Of a DNA stretch of 52,097 nt, positions 48,807 to 52,097 are shown one piece after another. Origin of the DNA: Methanobacteriota archaeon (GTDB lineage: Archaea; Thermoplasmatota; Poseidoniia; Poseidoniales; Poseidoniaceae); NCBI GenBank assembly GCA_002722695.1, contig PBMS01000014.1, forward strand, positions 5,486-57,582, read 5' to 3'. The notes under the pieces were generated by a model. The model saw only the letters and a program-made list of their open reading frames with translations, ran no database searches and was not told where the DNA came from. Made by a program: the position numbers and the translations under genes. Positions within the stretch are counted from its first letter, which is position 1. Each line of letters starts with the position of its first letter.

Positions 48807-50924
48807 TCATTCCGTCTCCAACGTGTGGTCCGGGTGGACTTTAGCGAAGAAACGCCGGGCAAATCGGCGAGTGGAATCCGCATCGCTGGAATCGTTCATG
48901 CGCAGGTCGCTCGGGAAACATGCGTTGTAGGTTCGGTCGGTGACGCGTCGGTCCAGAAGGACGATCAGTGCGCGATCACCGATGGAACGAATGGGTCTTC
49001 CCATCGCCTGCATGATGGCGTTTATGGCGGGCTGTGAGACGGTGTATCGCCACGCCAGATTTTTCCCGAAGCGTTCTTCTGCGTAGGTTTTCATTGACTT
49101 GGACAAAACCGACGGGGGTGAGTTGGGTATTCCAATGCAGGCAACGGCGTCCAAAGCACCGCTGTGGTAGTCCACGCCTTCGGAGAGACGAGCGCCGAAG
49201 ACGCCCGCCAACAACACTTTTCGGCCGTTGCGCTTTTGTTCAAGGAGCGTGTCCACGATTTGGTCCAAGTCGCCCTTGGCCCATTCTCGACTTTCTGATA
49301 TCAATCGTGTCCCCTTGAAATGACCTTCCAAAACCACTTCATTCAGCATGGCGTAGGATGGCAGGAACACCGCAACGTTTCCGGGCGCCGAGTCGACGAG
49401 GGCCTGAATGTGTGCACGAATGGCTCGAGTGTTCTCTGGACTTCGCTCGGTGTACTTGGTGGTCACATTTTTTGCGACCACGACCGGTCGTCGCATCGCA
49501 GCAAAGGGGGAAGGATACGCCACCGATGTTGTTCTTTCAGCCGGTAAGGCCAAGATGTTGGCGTACATGCTCGGTGGGTACAATGTTCCCGACATGAGCA
49601 GCCCTCCTGCAGACTGTTCAAACACGGGTTTGGAGACGAGCCCCGGGTCGAGGAGATGCGTGGTGATGCGACCGTCCTTTCCTTTGGTGTCGTAGATCAT
49701 CGTTAACGCGGGCGTGGATCCAAATTTCAGCAAGCAGTCCAGGATTTCAGCAACCTTGTGGGCGTTTGGTTCCATCGGACTCCCGTCGTCTCCGGCTTCC
49801 ATGTCCACATCGACGCTTTCGAGCACGTCTCTGAGTTGGTGAATTCGCACCGCTACGTCGACCTCGGGGTGCTGTGAAGACCGTGCTTGCAATTGTTGCT
49901 GTCCCGATTTTCCTTCAACCATGTCGCATGCGCGATGAAACACGTTCAACACGTCATCTATGTCGACTTCCGCTTCTTCATCTTGGCCCGATAAATTTCG
50001 CATGTACCCGTTGAAGAGGGCGTCAAACCCCCCACGTGAAGCTTTCACCACGTCAAACGCCCATGTCGCAAGACTGTGGGAAGGGGACAGTGCCTCTCCG
50101 CCTGGAACCTTCATCGCTTGGGCGAGAACGCCGGCGTATTCCTCCAGTTCCATTTGCGTGTTGCGAATCATCGTTCGTGTCAGCCGCTTTTCCAGCGTCA
50201 TGCGGATTCGATCGGGGAGATTGTGAGCTTCGTCCACCACGACGATGATGTCGTCCAGTGATAGGTCCATGGCCTTGAGACTCGACTCCCGCACGCCGTC
50301 ATCAAAGAGGTGGTTGTAATCGCCAACGAACACATCCGCGTCGCCGACGGCCTCTCTCGCGGCTTTCCACGGGCAGGTTTGGGCCGGCTCCCCGTGAACC
50401 GTGTGTGTTCGACTGATGTCGACCAGTTCATCGACGTGGAGCGGCGAGGCCAAAATACGCTCTTTCAACCCCGGAGCAGGGGTGATCCACGGCTTGCACG
50501 ACCGAGTCTTTCTGGCTTGGCTGCACAAAAGTGAGAACACGAGGGGGGATTCCTTGGCGAAGGGTTGGACGCACATGCCGGCCTGACCCACCATGTCCAC
50601 CAAGCGAACGGGCATCATCCCCTTTCGTCGTTCGTTGATGCGCCGAACGGTGTCAACCACAATTCGATGTTGGGTTTGACGAGAGGTCAGAAAAAAAACC
50701 GTTTTTTTCTGGGAGGAACGACCGGCCACCTCGAGTGCGGCGGCCAGCGACGCTGCGGTTTTTCCGATACCAGTCGGGGCTGCAGCGAGATGAAAACCTC
50801 CTCGAGAGAGGGCCTCAACACCGTCTTCAATCATCTCGAGTTGACCAGGACGAGGTTTGGAGTGAGCGAGAAAGGCGTGAGTGGAACTCTCCACATCAAC
50901 ACTCTGCTCCTTCATGTCTTCCAT
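48807..50924 (-). CDS. xpd: XPD/Rad3/DinG family FeS DNA helicase
   Basis: RPGQ Q-motif, APTGIGKT, four FeS Cys (MC, LC, SC, CPW), DYNHLF, VDEAHNL, MSGTL, SEGVD, QAMGRPIR..D. Confidence 0.9.
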   Translation of the reverse strand: MEDMKEQSVDVESSTHAFLAHSKPRPGQLEMIEDGVEALSRGGFHLAAAPTGIGKTAASLAAALEVAGRSSQKKTVFFLTSRQTQHRIVVDTVRRINERRKGMMPVRLVDMVGQAGMCVQPFAKESPLVFSLLCSQARKTRSCKPWITPAPGLKERILASPLHVDELVDISRTHTVHGEPAQTCPWKAAREAVGDADVFVGDYNHLFDDGVRESSLKAMDLSLDDIIVVVDEAHNLPDRIRMTLEKRLTRTMIRNTQMELEEYAGVLAQAMKVPGGEALSPSHSLATWAFDVVKASRGGFDALFNGYMRNLSGQDEEAEVDIDDVLNVFHRACDMVEGKSGQQQLQARSSQHPEVDVAVRIHQLRDVLESVDVDMEAGDDGSPMEPNAHKVAEILDCLLKFGSTPALTMIYDTKGKDGRITTHLLDPGLVSKPVFEQSAGGLLMSGTLYPPSMYANILALPAERTTSVAYPSPFAAMRRPVVVAKNVTTKYTERSPENTRAIRAHIQALVDSAPGNVAVFLPSYAMLNEVVLEGHFKGTRLISESREWAKGDLDQIVDTLLEQKRNGRKVLLAGVFGARLSEGVDYHSGALDAVACIGIPNSPPSVLSKSMKTYAEERFGKNLAWRYTVSQPAINAIMQAMGRPIRSIGDRALIVLLDRRVTDRTYNACFPSDLRMNDSSDADSTRRFARRFFAKVHPDHTLETE

Positions 50925-51026
50925 CCATTGCCGACCCTCCTAAAGGATTCGCATACGGGTGACATGTTCCACTGCATCGAGCAAATGTGCCCAGAAATGT
51001 GGGGGCTGGGCACGGGAACCACCGCA

Positions 51027-51227
51027 TCAACTGACGGGGGTGGAATCTGGGCCTCCCTGGCCGTCGTCCAGGGAAGCGTGTGGGGGTGTTTGGTTGTTGG
51101 AACCAAGGCCAAGGCGTGCACGACGGGCACGCTGATGCAGCGAGACAAAGCTTTGCAGGACAGGCCGGTCCTGCGAAACTCCAAGGGTGGCATCACCGAG
51201 GTTGTATCCCGAGTTTTGCCAATTCAT
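51027..51227 (-). CDS. Possible small hypothetical protein (66 aa)
   Basis: GGAGGGG SD-like element before ATG; co-oriented between RHH gene and helicase; no recognisable motif. Confidence 0.3.
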   Translation of the reverse strand: MNWQNSGYNLGDATLGVSQDRPVLQSFVSLHQRARRARLGLGSNNQTPPHASLDDGQGGPDSTPVS

Positions 51228-51252
51228 CCCATCCCCTCCAGTCTCTCACCAT

Positions 51253-51627
51253 TCATTCTTGGTATTCGCTGCGTGGTATCGTTGAAGCCCTGGACGCCTC
51301 CAAGGCTTCTTCGAGTGTGCTGTCGATCGGCTGCATTTCTGCAACGGCTCGCTTGATGTAGAGTTTGAGTCCTTCTTGTGCTGCGTGTTCGGGGGTGATG
51401 CCGCCCAACTCGTAGAGCTGTCCAAGTCGCTGTTGATCGGCTCGGCCCAACGGGATTCGAATGGATTTCATGTTCGTTAAGAGCGGCTGATTGTGAAGGA
51501 ATTCCTGAATCGCCAAACGAACAACGTCGGACCGGCTTCGGGCACCGTCCATGCCGATGCGTGCGTCAAGAAGAGCCAAATCCTCATCCGTGATTCTAAG
51601 CGAAACTGCACTGGTTGGCTGGGTCAT
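51253..51627 (-). CDS. Ribbon-helix-helix (CopG-like) regulator, apparently with two RHH units
   Basis: VSLRITDEDLALLD...SRSDVVRLAIQEFL followed by SIRIPLGRADQQRL..L...GITPEHAAQEGLKLYI; GGAGG SD. Confidence 0.82.
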   Translation of the reverse strand: MTQPTSAVSLRITDEDLALLDARIGMDGARSRSDVVRLAIQEFLHNQPLLTNMKSIRIPLGRADQQRLGQLYELGGITPEHAAQEGLKLYIKRAVAEMQPIDSTLEEALEASRASTIPRSEYQE

Positions 51628-51685
51628 TCAGGTTCCTCCTGTAGGTAGGGACTGGAACAGCCGGTATATGAATGTATTTGATACT

Positions 51686-51710
51686 ATGACATATTGTCAT
51701 TATCTGTCAT
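51686..51710. promoter_or_regulatory. Candidate operator: ATGACA-tat-TGTCAT-tatc-TGTCAT
   Basis: Inverted repeat plus a direct repeat at 10-bp spacing in the AT-rich divergent promoter region upstream of the RHH gene. Confidence 0.5.
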
Positions 51711-51776
51711 TTTCAATGAGAAACCGTCTCGCAGGCGGTGGCGAAGTTTCAAGGACGAGCCCATGCATCCGCCATC

Positions 51777-52097
51777 ATGACCCTCGTACCCTCCCGTGGT
51801 CTCTACCTCTATCTCGAAACCCTGCGTGTTGCGTTTGATGACGCCATCGTCACCAATGATGAAGCTCAGATCCTTCGTGTGCTTGCCGGAGCGTTGGGTG
51901 TGGCCCCGTCCGACACCGCAGAATGCCGTTCGGTGGTTGCAGGCGAGGTCGAATGGCCGTTTGCTGAGGAAAGTGAGTTCATCGGCCACCAAATCGGTGA
52001 CGCTACCACCTACCAGTCAGCCCTCATTGCTGCGCTTGACGACGACGTGATCAGCGACGAGGAGTGGGCGATGCTCGACCATTTACGCCGAATCGTG
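51777..52097 (+). CDS. Hypothetical protein with TerB-like helical repeats (3' truncated; absent from ORF track)
   Basis: MTLVPSRGLYLYLETLRVAFDDAIVTNDEAQILRVLAGALG... and YQSALIAALDDDVISDEEWAMLDHLRRIV, a repeated Y..L..A..D..I..DE..L..L motif. Confidence 0.75.
   Translation, partial: MTLVPSRGLYLYLETLRVAFDDAIVTNDEAQILRVLAGALGVAPSDTAECRSVVAGEVEWPFAEESEFIGHQIGDATTYQSALIAALDDDVISDEEWAMLDHLRRIV

Overview
Chromosomal segment of an archaeon, most likely Marine Group II (Ca. Poseidoniales). This is an inference from archaeal markers (Trm56, XPD-type helicase, TATA-like boxes about 25-30 nt before apparently leaderless starts), many bacterial-type metabolic genes and large Ca-binding-repeat surface proteins. 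Housekeeping content: folP, folB, a pteridine-reductase-like SDR, carAB, an FeS photolyase, Nei glycosylase, parvulin, ubiX, yjbQ, a PaaI thioesterase, lipB/lipA with a branched-chain 2-oxoacid dehydrogenase operon, dut, class Ia nrdBA, an AI-2E permease and tRNA-Leu(UAA). Three large surface proteins are present, including a 2977-aa transglutaminase-like/DUF4129-like giant. A lower-GC island (~16.5-21.5 kb) holds the most unusual element: a single ORF fusing an intact M28 Zn-peptidase ectodomain to an intact ZIP/ZupT metal transporter, with a TTTAGG-N4-CCTAAA (DtxR/MntR-like) palindrome abutting its TATA box. Nearby is a second M28 paralog with an N-terminal SAP domain. No CRISPR array, IS element or integrase was seen. 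All family calls come from motif recognition by eye, not database searches.
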